The position numbers and the translations under genes are program-made. A stretch of 47,929 nucleotides of DNA from Gemmatimonadota bacterium (GTDB lineage Bacteria > Gemmatimonadota > Gemmatimonadetes > Palauibacterales > KS3-K002), in contig JBDHJS010000030.1 in NCBI GenBank assembly GCA_039586795.1, forward strand, positions 1 through 47,929, read 5' to 3'. Below are positions 27,850 to 38,492 of this stretch, one piece after another (the stretch's first letter is position 1; each line of letters opens with the position of its first letter). A model generated the notes under the pieces. The model searched no databases. It was not told the DNA's origin and was given only the letters and a program-made list of their open reading frames with translations.

Positions 27850-28404
27850 TTAATTTGAGGGGTTCCCTCCGGCAGACCCCTGTGCGAGCAACCGATCCAG
27901 GACCAGCGGCGTGATATCCAGAGTCGTATCGGCGGCGACAAGCGCACTGTTCGCCGCATCGAAAATCATCGCGTAACCGAATTCAGCCTGCACCGATATC
28001 AGAACTTCTTGAACCGCGTCAAAGACCGGCTGCACCAACTCCATTTGCCGTCGCTCGGCCACCTGCTGTAGGTCTGCCGCGCGCTGTTGATATTCCATTT
28101 GCTTGGCCTGGATTTGCTGCTGCCGCTGCGTGCGCGCTTCAGGAGATAGCATGACCTGCTGCTGGTCGTAGGTGCTCAACATCTCCCTGAGGGAGTCCTC
28201 AAGCGCCTGAACTTCGCTTTGCCAGCGGGCCATTTCTCGCTCGAACGTCGCTTGCGCCTCGGCCGCGCCCGGCGCTTGGGAGAGGATCTCCGCCGAATTG
28301 ATGTACGCCAGCCTGACCTCTTGCCCCTGGGGTTCACCCAAGCCCTGGTAACCGAGGACCGCGAGGGCCGTTCCCAGCACGACCGCACTCATCTTATAAC
28401 GCAC
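27850..28404 (-). CDS. skp: OmpH/Skp periplasmic chaperone
   Basis: Signal peptide, LAYINSAEIL, coiled coil, GYAMIFD...LDITPLVL; bamA-skp-lpxD synteny. Confidence 0.92.
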   Translation of the reverse strand: MRYKMSAVVLGTALAVLGYQGLGEPQGQEVRLAYINSAEILSQAPGAAEAQATFEREMARWQSEVQALEDSLREMLSTYDQQQVMLSPEARTQRQQQIQAKQMEYQQRAADLQQVAERRQMELVQPVFDAVQEVLISVQAEFGYAMIFDAANSALVAADTTLDITPLVLDRLLAQGSAGGNPSN

Positions 28405-28457
28405 CCGATTTCTCCTTCAGATGTTAGCAGCTTTCGAGAGGCTCCCGGTCTCCCGTA

Positions 28458-30890
28458 CTAGTAGATCTGTCCGAACCGGAAGTGTAGACGCCATCCCGGG
28501 TTCGGGTTCCCAAAGATATCTCGACGATCGAACGCGTACGCGTAATCGAGCCCGATCGGTCCCATTGGAGTCACTATGCTCGCACCAAATCCGGCTCCAC
28601 GCAGAAGCGTCGACGGATTGAAGCCGACCGAGGTGCTCCAGACATTGCCGGCTTCGTAGAACGCGTTGACGAACAGATTCCCGCCCAAGTTGAGCCCGAT
28701 GCTCGACGAGAAGTGGAAGAACGACTCGCCGACTCGGTCCAGTTGGCTGAAACCTGGAGTGCCGCGGGGTACGTGCCCGAACGGCGTGATTGTCAGTTCC
28801 TCATAGCCGCGCAGCTTCGGCCCGTACTGAACGCCGCCCATGAAGAACCGCTCCAGGTAGAACGGGTTCTCACCCTGAATCATGCCGCCCTGGACGCCAA
28901 GGCCCAGCGAAAGCTCGATGCCGGTCTTGGATGGATCGCTGCGCAGGTTTGCGATCGGTGTGAACCAAGCGCTTTCGAAGCTCAGCTTCCGATAGTTCCC
29001 GTCGCCCCCCAAGGCGCCTCCAACGAATTCGAGGCCGACGGCGTTGCGGCTTCCTCGTGTCGGAAAGAGGGGGTGATTTCGCGTGTCCCGCGCGATAGCG
29101 ACCTCGACGCCACTCCTCGTGCCGACGTTGAGCAACTGGCGCTGAGTGAAATCGAAGTCCTCCTGCGCTGAGTCATCGTAGGAATCTCGAATCAGCGTAT
29201 AGCCGAAGGTGATACGCGTCCAGCGCGAGTTTAGGAACGGCATCCCCCAGACGATGTTTCCACCCACCTGTCGGCGACGTCCAAGGCCTACGTAGCTAAA
29301 CTGATCTCGCGAGCTTCGCAGGTTGATCGACAGCGAGTTCCGCGTCCCGAGGATAGCAGGATCAGTGTATCCAACTTCGATATCGTTCGTCCGGCTACCG
29401 AATACCCAGCGAAAACGACCTACCTTGGCCTGACCAAACAGGTTTGGCTGCTCGTAGCCGATGAACCCAGCGATGCCGGCCGACGGTGACAGAGACGCGC
29501 CGAAGTTGATGTTCCCAGTCTGCTTCTCCTGCACCCGGAAGGTTATATCGATATCACCTTCCTCGGTGGGGCGAATGCCCAGCGCCTCGTTGGGCGGGAG
29601 TGGTTCGAAGAACCCCAACCCCTGCACGGTCTGGTAGCTGTTGACGATCCGCTCATCGCCGTAGACGTCACCGGGGAGCAGGATCAATCGATCGCGAATG
29701 ATCCGCTCGTGCGTCGTCGTATTACCCTCGATGTGCACCAGGTGAACGTAGGCCTGTTCGCCCTCGATTATCCGCCAGACCAGGCGAACGCGGGGATCCC
29801 CGTCTTCGCCATCCGGCATGCGCTCGACGTGGGGTTCGATCTGGGCATACAGGAAACCGGCGTTGCGGTACAGCGAATTGATTCGTTCCGTCGCCTCTTG
29901 CCACTTGTGGGTGTCGAATACGGGGTCACCTTCCGGCGCCCCTCCGCCGAGCAGTGGAAGGCGTGACAGCAGCGATTGGCTTTGTGGATTGAAGCGTAGC
30001 TCGAGCAACTCGGTCGGGAAGTGGTTGTTACCCTCGATCGCGAAACCGCCTATGCGATACCGCCGCCCCTCATCGACCCGGATGACCAGATTGGTCTTAC
30101 CGGTTTGGGGGTCGACCTCCATCGTATCGCCGAGGACGCGAAAATCGAGAAAGCCCTTCGAGCCGTAGTACTCGGTCAAGCCAATCTCGGTGTCGTACCT
30201 GTATTCTTCTTCCTTGAATTCGCCCGACTGCCACCAGAAGAAACCTTCGGGCTTAACGTTCATCGAGCCGATGATCTCCGCATCGGTCATGAACTCGTTG
30301 CCCTCGATCTCCATGGTGGCGACGACGAGCCTTCGCCCTTCATTCACATTGAAGATCAGCCGGAACTCACCTGGCCGATCGGTCGGGATGAGGGCGGTGT
30401 CGACCTGTGCCTGAACGTACCCCTTGCCCGACAACTCGCTTCTGATGTGGTAACTCGCTCTGTGGACGGCGTTGGGGTCGAGCGGCGCGTCGCGCTCCAG
30501 ACCCGATGTGTCTCTGATCCCGCCGCTGCTGATATGCTGCGAGCCCTGAAAGGAGAACCCGACGATGAACGGCCGCTCTACGACCTCTAAGATGAGGACG
30601 GTTCTGAAATCTACATCGGCAGCGTAGGCGCGTATGTCGTCGAACTGGCCCGTCGCATAGAGACGCTGCAAGCCACGCTGGATGTCTGGAAGGTTCGTTT
30701 CGTCACCCGGTCTTATGCTCAGGTCGGAGAGTATGACGGGGGTCGCCACCCGCGTGTTGCCCGTGACGTGGATGGAGTCGAATACAACCACGGCAGGCGC
30801 AGCGGCTTGCTGCGCCTGCAGTGCGGTGGCCTTCGCTAGGATTAGCGCGGCGAAGGCAGTCGAAATCCAAAGAGTCTTTCTGGACCTCAC
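28458..30890 (-). CDS. bamA: Outer membrane protein assembly factor BamA
   Basis: POTRA repeats (GNTRV, EGN...), YEQPNLFG, LRGY loop motif, C-terminal LHFRFGQIY. Confidence 0.96.
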   Translation of the reverse strand: MRSRKTLWISTAFAALILAKATALQAQQAAAPAVVVFDSIHVTGNTRVATPVILSDLSIRPGDETNLPDIQRGLQRLYATGQFDDIRAYAADVDFRTVLILEVVERPFIVGFSFQGSQHISSGGIRDTSGLERDAPLDPNAVHRASYHIRSELSGKGYVQAQVDTALIPTDRPGEFRLIFNVNEGRRLVVATMEIEGNEFMTDAEIIGSMNVKPEGFFWWQSGEFKEEEYRYDTEIGLTEYYGSKGFLDFRVLGDTMEVDPQTGKTNLVIRVDEGRRYRIGGFAIEGNNHFPTELLELRFNPQSQSLLSRLPLLGGGAPEGDPVFDTHKWQEATERINSLYRNAGFLYAQIEPHVERMPDGEDGDPRVRLVWRIIEGEQAYVHLVHIEGNTTTHERIIRDRLILLPGDVYGDERIVNSYQTVQGLGFFEPLPPNEALGIRPTEEGDIDITFRVQEKQTGNINFGASLSPSAGIAGFIGYEQPNLFGQAKVGRFRWVFGSRTNDIEVGYTDPAILGTRNSLSINLRSSRDQFSYVGLGRRRQVGGNIVWGMPFLNSRWTRITFGYTLIRDSYDDSAQEDFDFTQRQLLNVGTRSGVEVAIARDTRNHPLFPTRGSRNAVGLEFVGGALGGDGNYRKLSFESAWFTPIANLRSDPSKTGIELSLGLGVQGGMIQGENPFYLERFFMGGVQYGPKLRGYEELTITPFGHVPRGTPGFSQLDRVGESFFHFSSSIGLNLGGNLFVNAFYEAGNVWSTSVGFNPSTLLRGAGFGASIVTPMGPIGLDYAYAFDRRDIFGNPNPGWRLHFRFGQIY

Positions 30891-33352
30891 GTCGCTGATG
30901 ACGAAGAGGACAGCACGCTGAATTCCAACCGTTCGCCGTCGGCGGCGACATCGACTTCTATGATGTCGCCCGGTGCCAACTCGGCCATCAGGATCTTCTC
31001 AGAGAGCGGATCCTCGAGATAACGCTGTATCGCACGCTTGAGTGGCCTTGCACCATATGTGACGTCGAAACCATGCTCGACGAGGAACTCCACGGCCGAG
31101 TCGGTTAGCTGGAGCTTCAGCTCTTCCTCTTCCAAGCGGGAGTGCACGTCGCGCATCACAACGCCAACGATCTCCCGAATGTGCTCCCTGGTGAGCGGGT
31201 GGAACACAATGACGTCATCCAGTCGGTTCAGGAACTCGGGATTAAATACCTTCTGGATTTCGTCCTTCACTCTTGCTGCCATGTCTTCATAGGTCGCCTG
31301 GGCATCCGCAGTGTGGAATCCGACGCTGCTACCCTTGGCGATATCACGCGCCCCCACATTGGACGTCATGATCAGAATCGTATTCTTGAAGTCGATGACC
31401 CGGCCGTAGTTGTCCGTGATTCGACCGTCATCGAGGATCTGCAACAGGATGTTGAAAACATCAGGGTGCGCTTTTTCGATCTCGTCGAACAGCACCACGC
31501 TATAAGGCTTGTGGCGAACGGCTTTGGTCAGCGCTCCGCTGTCCTCGTACCCGACGTAGCCGGGAGGCGCACCGATCAGACGGCTGACCGAGAACTTCTC
31601 CATGTACTCCGACATGTCCACACGGACAAGCGCGTTCTCATCGGCAAACAGGAAGCGCGCCAACGCCCGGGCCAGCTCGGTCTTCCCGACTCCGGTCGGG
31701 CCGCTGAAAATGAACGAGCCGATGGGTCGCTTCGGATCCTTCAGCCCGGCACGGCTGCGGCGGATCGCTCGGCTGATCCCGGTAATCGCCTCGTCCTGTC
31801 CGACGACGTAGCTGTGCAGCTGCTCTTCCATCCGCATCAGCCGATCCGTCTCCGCCTCCTGCAGGCGCGTGACCGGGATGCCGGTCCAGCGTGACACGAT
31901 GAACGCGACGTCGTCTTCAGTAATCGCCGGCCGGAAGCTCTCGCGCTCCTTCTCCCATTCTTCCCTGCGGCGACGGATCTCGGACTGCAGATCACGCTCC
32001 TGGTCGCGCAGTTCTGCCGCTTTCTCGAAGTCCTGCTCGCGGATCGCTTCGTCCTTCGCGTCGGCGATCCCTTTCAGCTGCCCTTGCAGATCCTCGACTT
32101 CCGGCGGTGGGACCTGTGTAGACAGGTGCACCCTAGCGCAGGCTTCGTCGATCACATCGATGGCTTTGTCCGGCAGATAGCGATCGGTGATGTAACGCTC
32201 CGACAGCCTCGCCGCCGTAGTGAGGGTCACCCCCGGAAGCTCGACCTTGTGGTGGTCCTCGTAGCGCTTCTTGAGACCATCGAGGATCTCGATCGTCTCA
32301 TCGATCGTCGGCGGCTCTACCATCACGGTCTGGAATCGCCGTTCCAGAGCACCATCCTTCTCGATGTACTTGCGATATTCGTTCAGCGTCGACGCACCGA
32401 TGCACTGCAATTCGCCACGCGCCAACGACGGCTTGAGCATGTTCGACGCGTCTATCGCGCCTTCCGCCGCTCCGGCACCGACCAGTGTATGAACCTCATC
32501 GATAAACAGGATGACGTCGCGATTCTGGGCGATCTCGTTCATCACGGCTTTCAGACGCTCCTCGAACTGACCGCGATACTTCGTGCCCGCGATCACCGCC
32601 GCCATATCCAGTGCCAGAACCCGATGGCCCTTCAGGCTGTCGGCCACTTCTCCGCGAGCGATCAACTGCGCCAGACCCTCTACGATCGCCGTCTTGCCGA
32701 CACCCGGCTCGCCGATCAGTACCGGGTTGTTCTTCTTGCGCCGCGACAGGATCTCCATCACCCGCTCGATCTCCTTCTCACGGCCAATCGTCGGGTCGAG
32801 GTCGCCCTTCCGTGCCAGCTCCGTCAGGTCGCGACAGAAATGATCCAGCGCCGGCGTCTTCGACTTCTTCTCTTTCGTGCTGGCGGGCGCGCCTGTCGGA
32901 TCGGGACTCGGTACGTCCGTACCCAGCAGCTTCAGCGTCTGCTCGCGCGCCGCATCGAGATTCACGCCCAACGACTCCAGCACCTGCGCCGCCACGCCTT
33001 TCTCTTCGCGCAGCAGACCCAGCAGCAAGTGCTCAGTACCGACATAGCTATGACTGAGCTCTCGCGCCTCGGCCACGGCGAACTCGAGGACCTTCTTCGC
33101 ACGCGACGTATACGGAAGCTCCCCCATCGTCGCCCCGGCTTTGCCCTTCCGAACCTGCTCCTCGGTTCGTTCCTGAATCTGGTCGAGATCGACGTTCAGA
33201 TTCAGCAGCACGGCCGCCGCGACACCCTCGCCCTCTCGAATCAGGCCGAGCAGGATGTGCTCCGTACCCACGTAGTCGTGCTGGAGGCGAATCGCCTCCT
33301 CCCTGGCCATCGCCAGTACTTTTCGAACCCGATCGGTGAAATTGTAGTTCAT
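30887..33352 (-). CDS. clpC: ATP-dependent Clp protease ATPase ClpC
   Basis: Clp N-domain repeats ([11 protein letters not shown]), two AAA modules ([16 protein letters not shown]), UVR M-domain, VGF loop. Confidence 0.97.
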   Translation of the reverse strand: MNYNFTDRVRKVLAMAREEAIRLQHDYVGTEHILLGLIREGEGVAAAVLLNLNVDLDQIQERTEEQVRKGKAGATMGELPYTSRAKKVLEFAVAEARELSHSYVGTEHLLLGLLREEKGVAAQVLESLGVNLDAAREQTLKLLGTDVPSPDPTGAPASTKEKKSKTPALDHFCRDLTELARKGDLDPTIGREKEIERVMEILSRRKKNNPVLIGEPGVGKTAIVEGLAQLIARGEVADSLKGHRVLALDMAAVIAGTKYRGQFEERLKAVMNEIAQNRDVILFIDEVHTLVGAGAAEGAIDASNMLKPSLARGELQCIGASTLNEYRKYIEKDGALERRFQTVMVEPPTIDETIEILDGLKKRYEDHHKVELPGVTLTTAARLSERYITDRYLPDKAIDVIDEACARVHLSTQVPPPEVEDLQGQLKGIADAKDEAIREQDFEKAAELRDQERDLQSEIRRRREEWEKERESFRPAITEDDVAFIVSRWTGIPVTRLQEAETDRLMRMEEQLHSYVVGQDEAITGISRAIRRSRAGLKDPKRPIGSFIFSGPTGVGKTELARALARFLFADENALVRVDMSEYMEKFSVSRLIGAPPGYVGYEDSGALTKAVRHKPYSVVLFDEIEKAHPDVFNILLQILDDGRITDNYGRVIDFKNTILIMTSNVGARDIAKGSSVGFHTADAQATYEDMAARVKDEIQKVFNPEFLNRLDDVIVFHPLTREHIREIVGVVMRDVHSRLEEEELKLQLTDSAVEFLVEHGFDVTYGARPLKRAIQRYLEDPLSEKILMAELAPGDIIEVDVAADGERLEFSVLSSSSSAT

Positions 33353-33394
33353 CACACCCTCATCGCACCCGGGATCACCGCCACCTCACTCGCT

Positions 33395-34498
33395 TCACCC
33401 GGTCTGGTCCGTCCCGGAAGACGCCGCCCCCGCAAGGGCTTCCCGAACAAATGCCGCCCGCTGGATGTCGAGCTCGCCTGTTGAGAGCGAGCCTTCGCTG
33501 GCTTCTTCCAGATGGGCGTTCTGCGCAAATATCATTATCCTGTTTAGGGCGTATACACTAGGCCCTGAGAGAAGTTTCAACGAAAGCCCTAAACGCACGC
33601 CTGACAACAAGTTCATCATTTCGTCGAAGCTCAGCGATCGCGCGTAGCGCAGCAGACCGAACGCGCGCCACACCTTGTCCTCGATCACGTTGGGAGCGTC
33701 GCGCAGCAGCACGGATCGCGCTTGCCTCTCGTACTCGATCACCTGGCCGACGATCTTGTGCAGGTGGTCGATCAGGTCCTCTTCGCTCTTGCCCAGCGTG
33801 GTCTGGTTCGAGACCTGGAACAGATTCCCGATGACCTCCGAGCCCTCTCCATATAGTCCCCGGAAGGTGAGTCCGACCTGGCGGATCCCCTCGAGCACCT
33901 TGTTGATCTCCTTGGTCAGAACGAGACCCGGGAGATGGATGAGGACGGACGCACGCAAACCGGTACCACAGTTTGTCGGGCAAGACGTCAGATGGCCGAA
34001 CTCGTGATGAAACGCGTACGGCAGCTCGCCGCCCAACTCTTCATCGAGAGCGTCGACGATGCGCCATGTGTTCTGGGGGCTGAATCCGCTGGTCAGGCTT
34101 TGGAGTCGTAGATGGTCCTCCTCGTTGACCATCAGGCCCACGGGGTCGCTCACGGACGTCACGAGGGCGGCGGCCGAATGGGACTCGCCTTCCTCCTCGA
34201 TGACCAGCTCGCGGCTGACGAGGTGCCGCTCGAGCAAGATCTCACGGCCCCGGTCATCCAGCGTGTCCACTTCGACGATGACGCCGTTGGCGAGGCGGGG
34301 ACTACGCTCGAGAACATCACGCACCGTAGCCAAGATGGCCGAGCGATCCGCCGTTTTGGCCCGCACCGAAAACGGGTAGCCCTGCAGGTTTCTAGCGATC
34401 CGTACACGCGTTGACAGAACGATGTCGCTGTGCGGCCCGCTGGCGTCGAGCCAGCCCAGGCCGAAGTCGGGCATCGTGTTCAGGTCGAACGGAGTCAT
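33395..34498 (-). CDS. mcsB: Protein arginine kinase McsB
   Basis: STRVRIARN, NEEDHLR, CPTNCGTGLRAS, RGLYGEGS, QVSNQTTLG. Confidence 0.96.
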   Translation of the reverse strand: MTPFDLNTMPDFGLGWLDASGPHSDIVLSTRVRIARNLQGYPFSVRAKTADRSAILATVRDVLERSPRLANGVIVEVDTLDDRGREILLERHLVSRELVIEEEGESHSAAALVTSVSDPVGLMVNEEDHLRLQSLTSGFSPQNTWRIVDALDEELGGELPYAFHHEFGHLTSCPTNCGTGLRASVLIHLPGLVLTKEINKVLEGIRQVGLTFRGLYGEGSEVIGNLFQVSNQTTLGKSEEDLIDHLHKIVGQVIEYERQARSVLLRDAPNVIEDKVWRAFGLLRYARSLSFDEMMNLLSGVRLGLSLKLLSGPSVYALNRIMIFAQNAHLEEASEGSLSTGELDIQRAAFVREALAGAASSGTDQTG

Positions 34499-35001
34499 GC
34501 GTCGATGGTCGCTTCGAGTTCTTTGATCTGGTCACGCAGAGTCGCGGCGCGTTCGAAGTCCTCCGACTCCACCGCCCTCTGCAGCTTTCTCTTCAGCACG
34601 CTGAGCCGCTGAACAAGATCGGCGCCTTCTGAGGCCGGCGGCACGTAGACCTTTCCAAGGTGCTGTGTCGAGCCGTGGATGCGACGGAGTATCGCCCTCA
34701 GTTGAGATTCGAAAACGGAATAGCAGTGCGGACAGCCGAGCCGGCCGGTTCGCCGAAAGTCATCGCTCGTCGTACGACAGTAGGTGCACGGGCCGGCGAC
34801 CGCCGCCTCTTCCTCCGTCTCCGCTCCCTGCCCCATCTGGGCCAGGAAGTCGGTCAGAGGCAGGTTCTTCGGAACGGTCCCCGCATCCAGCCCTTTGTCG
34901 GCCGCACACGATGGGCAGAGGTGCACCGTCGTCATCTCGTTGTCCACGATCTGAGTCAGGTGAACTTCAGCTTCGTTCTGCCCGCAGTTATCGCAAAGCA
35001 T
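34495..35001 (-). CDS. mcsA: McsA (UvrB/UvrC motif, four CxxC)
   Basis: CDNC, CPSC, CTYC, GRLGCPHCY and a C-terminal UVR motif (EDFERAATLRDQIK). Confidence 0.93.
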   Translation of the reverse strand: MLCDNCGQNEAEVHLTQIVDNEMTTVHLCPSCAADKGLDAGTVPKNLPLTDFLAQMGQGAETEEEAAVAGPCTYCRTTSDDFRRTGRLGCPHCYSVFESQLRAILRRIHGSTQHLGKVYVPPASEGADLVQRLSVLKRKLQRAVESEDFERAATLRDQIKELEATIDA

Positions 35002-35011
35002 CAGGTCCGCT

Positions 35012-35758
35012 TCAAACTCCGCTCTCGAGAGATTCCGGATGCAGCCGCCCATCATGCAAATGCATGATGCGGTCGGCTTGACGCGCGAATTCCCGGTTGT
35101 GCGTTACGAGAACTACCGCAAATTCGTGCTCGTCCCGGAGACGGAAGAACAAATCGTGCAAACCCTGGGCCGTCTGGTTGTCCAGATTGCCCGAAGGCTC
35201 GTCCGCCAGAAGGAGCAACGGCTGATTCGCCAGCGCCCGCGCCACCGCCACCCGCTGTCGCTCACCGCCGGACAGTTGCGAAGGCTTGTGGCCACTGCGT
35301 TGCTCAAGCCCCACCGCGCGAATCAGCGATCGGGCCCGCTCCTTCGCTTCCGACCGGTCTGTACCCCCAATCAATACGGGGAGCATGATATTCTCAAGCG
35401 CAGTGAACTCACGCAGCAGGTGGTGAAACTGGAAAACGAAGCCAATACGGCGGTTACGGGCTTCGGCCAGCTCCTCATCTTCCAGTCCGTGCAGGCGATG
35501 GCCATCCAGAAACACCTCTCCGGCCGTCGGTTGGTCCAGTCCGCCGAGAATGTGAAGCAGGGTACTTTTCCCAGCGCCGCTCGTTCCGGTTATCGCTACG
35601 ACCTGCCCGACGTGTACCTCTAGATCAACACCCTTCAGAATCGGCAGTTCCGAGCCATCGCTATCCACGAAGGAGCGATAGACCCCTTTGGCAACCAGAG
35701 GCGCCAGGGAACGCTCTGCCGATGGCTGGACGATCCCGCTTGCCCTTCGGCTATTCAT
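35012..35758 (-). CDS. lolD: Lipoprotein-releasing ABC ATPase LolD
   Basis: GTSGAGKST, GFVFQFHHLL, LSGGERQR, LADEPSGNLD. Confidence 0.92.
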   Translation of the reverse strand: MNSRRASGIVQPSAERSLAPLVAKGVYRSFVDSDGSELPILKGVDLEVHVGQVVAITGTSGAGKSTLLHILGGLDQPTAGEVFLDGHRLHGLEDEELAEARNRRIGFVFQFHHLLREFTALENIMLPVLIGGTDRSEAKERARSLIRAVGLEQRSGHKPSQLSGGERQRVAVARALANQPLLLLADEPSGNLDNQTAQGLHDLFFRLRDEHEFAVVLVTHNREFARQADRIMHLHDGRLHPESLESGV

Positions 35759-36977
35759 GGCGGATCGCCTCAACGGGCATCAAGCGCGCCGCTTTGATCG
35801 ACGGGTAGATGGTGGCCAGAAACGAAATCAGCAGGCTGCCGCCTACGATGAGGCTGACGTCGAGGGTATTCAGCGTGATCGGGATCTCACTGATGATATA
35901 CACGTCGCCCGGCAACGATAAGAGACCGGAGCGTTCGATCGCCCCCGACACCGAGATAGCGGTGAGCAAACCCAAGAATGTGCCGATCATGCCGATGATG
36001 ATGCCCTGCAGCATGAAGACCTTGAGAACGCCTTTCGATGTCATGCCCATCGCGCGGAGGATTCCGATTTCACGCGTCTTGTCGGCGACGACCATCACGA
36101 GCGTCGAGACGATGTTGGAGGCCGCTACAAACACGATGAGGAAGAGCACGATGCCCATCGCCATCTTTTCCAACTTGAGAGCGTTGAAGAGTCCTTCGTT
36201 CATGCTCATCCAGTCTCGTGCCGTATGCGGGTAGCCGAGCGTACGCTCGATCCGATCCGCTACCACATCAGCCCGCCATGCGTCCTCCAGATAGAGCGCC
36301 AGGGCCGTGATCGCTTCGTCGAAGCCGATCAACTCCTGAGCCGCATCGAGCGACGAATAGGCCATCGTGTTGTCGTACTCGAACATCCCGCTTTTGAACA
36401 GGCCTACAACCTCGAACTTCTCGAACTTTGGTATGAAGCCGGCGGGAGTGAGCTCCATATTCTCCGCCGAAATCACGTTCACCGTGTCGCCTACGCGGAC
36501 CAGCAGTCGGTTCGCGAGGCGGAAACCCATCACGACTCCAGGGAGGCCCGAACGAGTCGATTCAAACTCCCAGCTACCTACGGTGAGCTGATCTTCGAGC
36601 AGCTGCACCGCGTCAGACGTCACGCCCCGCAGCACCAGCCCCTGCTGATACCCGGTACGCTTGAACACGAGAGTCTCCGTGTAGACGAATGGCACGCCCA
36701 GGACGACTTCGGGGTCTTCCCGGGCGACCTCCAACGAGGACTCCCACCCCTCGAACCGCAGCTCATCGCCGTAGGTGATCAGCATGATATGAGGATTGGT
36801 GCCGAGGATTCGGTCGCGGACCTCTTTCTGCAGCCCGGTCATCACCCCGATAACCACGATGAGCGCCCCCACTCCCAGCCATATTCCGCCTATCGCGATG
36901 ATCGTGATCAGGTTCAGAAAGCGGAAGGAACTCCGGGCAGCCAGGTAGCGGCGAGCGAGGTAGAGCTCGAGATGCAT
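35751..36977 (-). CDS. lolE: Lipoprotein-releasing ABC permease LolC/E
   Basis: LARRYL, GVGALIVVIGVMTG, LKLEK, KTREIGILRAMG, PVEAIRHE. Confidence 0.88.
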   Translation of the reverse strand: MHLELYLARRYLAARSSFRFLNLITIIAIGGIWLGVGALIVVIGVMTGLQKEVRDRILGTNPHIMLITYGDELRFEGWESSLEVAREDPEVVLGVPFVYTETLVFKRTGYQQGLVLRGVTSDAVQLLEDQLTVGSWEFESTRSGLPGVVMGFRLANRLLVRVGDTVNVISAENMELTPAGFIPKFEKFEVVGLFKSGMFEYDNTMAYSSLDAAQELIGFDEAITALALYLEDAWRADVVADRIERTLGYPHTARDWMSMNEGLFNALKLEKMAMGIVLFLIVFVAASNIVSTLVMVVADKTREIGILRAMGMTSKGVLKVFMLQGIIIGMIGTFLGLLTAISVSGAIERSGLLSLPGDVYIISEIPITLNTLDVSLIVGGSLLISFLATIYPSIKAARLMPVEAIRHE

Positions 36978-36980
36978 CAG

Positions 36981-38492
36981 CTACTCCGGTCGCAACGTCG
37001 GGAACAGGATGACTTCACGTATCGAGGCCTTGTCTGTCAAAACCATCACGAACCGGTCGATGCCCAATCCCATTCCGCCCGTCGGTGGTAGTCCGTACTC
37101 CAACGCGTTGATGTAGTCGTCGTCCACCTGATGCGCCTCTTCCCAGCCCTCTTCATCCCGCATCCGTACCTGGGCCTCGAATCGTTCCCGCTGCTCGAAC
37201 GGGTCGTTCAGCTCGCTGAATGCATTGGCCAGCTCACGGCCGACCACGAACACCTCGAAACGCTCGGTCAGCAACAGGTCCCCGTCCCGCTTGTGCTTGG
37301 CGAGCGGGCTCAACTCGACAGGGTAGTCATATACGATCGTCGGCCCGTCGAGCTTTTCCTCCACCAGGACCTTGAACAACCCGTCCAGTAACGCGCCTCG
37401 GCCTTTCTCGTCGGCGTCCTCGACGCCTGCCTCCAGCGCCGTGCGTCGCAACCCGTCGCCCTCTAAGGACGCGACATCGACCGAGCCCTTCTCCTCCAGC
37501 GCTCCGTACCAGGTCATCCGCTGCCAGGGCGGCTCGAAGTCCAGATCGATCCCCTGATAGACCAACCTCGAAGATCCGGTGACCTGCTTGACGACATGAT
37601 GAACCAGCGACTCCGTGAGCTCCATCATGTCCTGGTAGTCAGCGTACGCCTGGTACACCTCCAGCATCGTGAACTCGGGATTGTGCGTGCGATCGATGCC
37701 TTCGTTGCGGAAGACCTTGCCGATTTCGTACACGCGCTCCAACCCACCCACGATGAGTCGCTTCAGGTAGAGCTCATCAGCGATACGCAGATACAGATCG
37801 GTATCGAGGGCCCGATGATAGGTGACGAACGGATTGGCCGTCGCGCCCCCATAGATCGGCTGCAAGATCGGCGTCTCCACGGCCAGGAAGCCGCGATCCT
37901 CCAGAAAGCGCCGCATCTCCTGCAGCACGCGACCGCGGACGACGAATAGCTCTCGGACATCTGGATGAACGGCCAGGTCCGCGTAGCGCTGTCTATACCG
38001 GCTTTCCACGTCCGCAAATCCGCCGTGCACTACGACTTCCCCGGCTTGATCGACCTCTTCCTTGCCGTAGGGCAGCGGCCTCATGGTCTTGGCCAGCAGC
38101 ACCAGGCGGTCGGCGCGGAGCGTGACTTCGCCCGTCCGCGTTCGGAAGACCTCACCTTCCACACCGATCCAATCACCCAGATCGAGTAGCTTGACCAACT
38201 CGTAGCCGCCCTCTTCCAGGCTGTCCTTCTTGAAGTAGACCTGGATCTTCCCGGTACGGTCTTCGATGTGGGCGAACGTAGTCTTGCCGTGCGGGCGCAG
38301 CGACCGCACGCGCCCAGCCAGGCGCACCTCTACCGCCTCTTCGCCTCCGTCGACGAAATCCGCCATGGCCCGTTCGGCGGTCGAGTTGGGTTCGTAACGG
38401 TACGCGAACGGCTGCACACCCAGTTCGCTAAGCCGGGCCAACTTCTCGTGCCGGGCCTGTATGACGTGACCCGCTTCGCCGGTTTCCGTCAT
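36981..38492 (-). CDS. lysS: Lysine--tRNA ligase (class II)
   Basis: RYRQRYADL, GGATANPF, FRNEGIDRTHNPEF, GLPPTGGMGLGIDR. Confidence 0.98.
   Translation of the reverse strand: MTETGEAGHVIQARHEKLARLSELGVQPFAYRYEPNSTAERAMADFVDGGEEAVEVRLAGRVRSLRPHGKTTFAHIEDRTGKIQVYFKKDSLEEGGYELVKLLDLGDWIGVEGEVFRTRTGEVTLRADRLVLLAKTMRPLPYGKEEVDQAGEVVVHGGFADVESRYRQRYADLAVHPDVRELFVVRGRVLQEMRRFLEDRGFLAVETPILQPIYGGATANPFVTYHRALDTDLYLRIADELYLKRLIVGGLERVYEIGKVFRNEGIDRTHNPEFTMLEVYQAYADYQDMMELTESLVHHVVKQVTGSSRLVYQGIDLDFEPPWQRMTWYGALEEKGSVDVASLEGDGLRRTALEAGVEDADEKGRGALLDGLFKVLVEEKLDGPTIVYDYPVELSPLAKHKRDGDLLLTERFEVFVVGRELANAFSELNDPFEQRERFEAQVRMRDEEGWEEAHQVDDDYINALEYGLPPTGGMGLGIDRFVMVLTDKASIREVILFPTLRPE

Noticed and set aside
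32084..33484. 466-aa plus-strand ORF, and similar long ORFs at 24484-25482, 40479-41402, 12568-13410 and 36225-37091
   Set aside because: These are antisense shadows of conserved minus-strand genes in GC-rich DNA, with no recognisable motifs.
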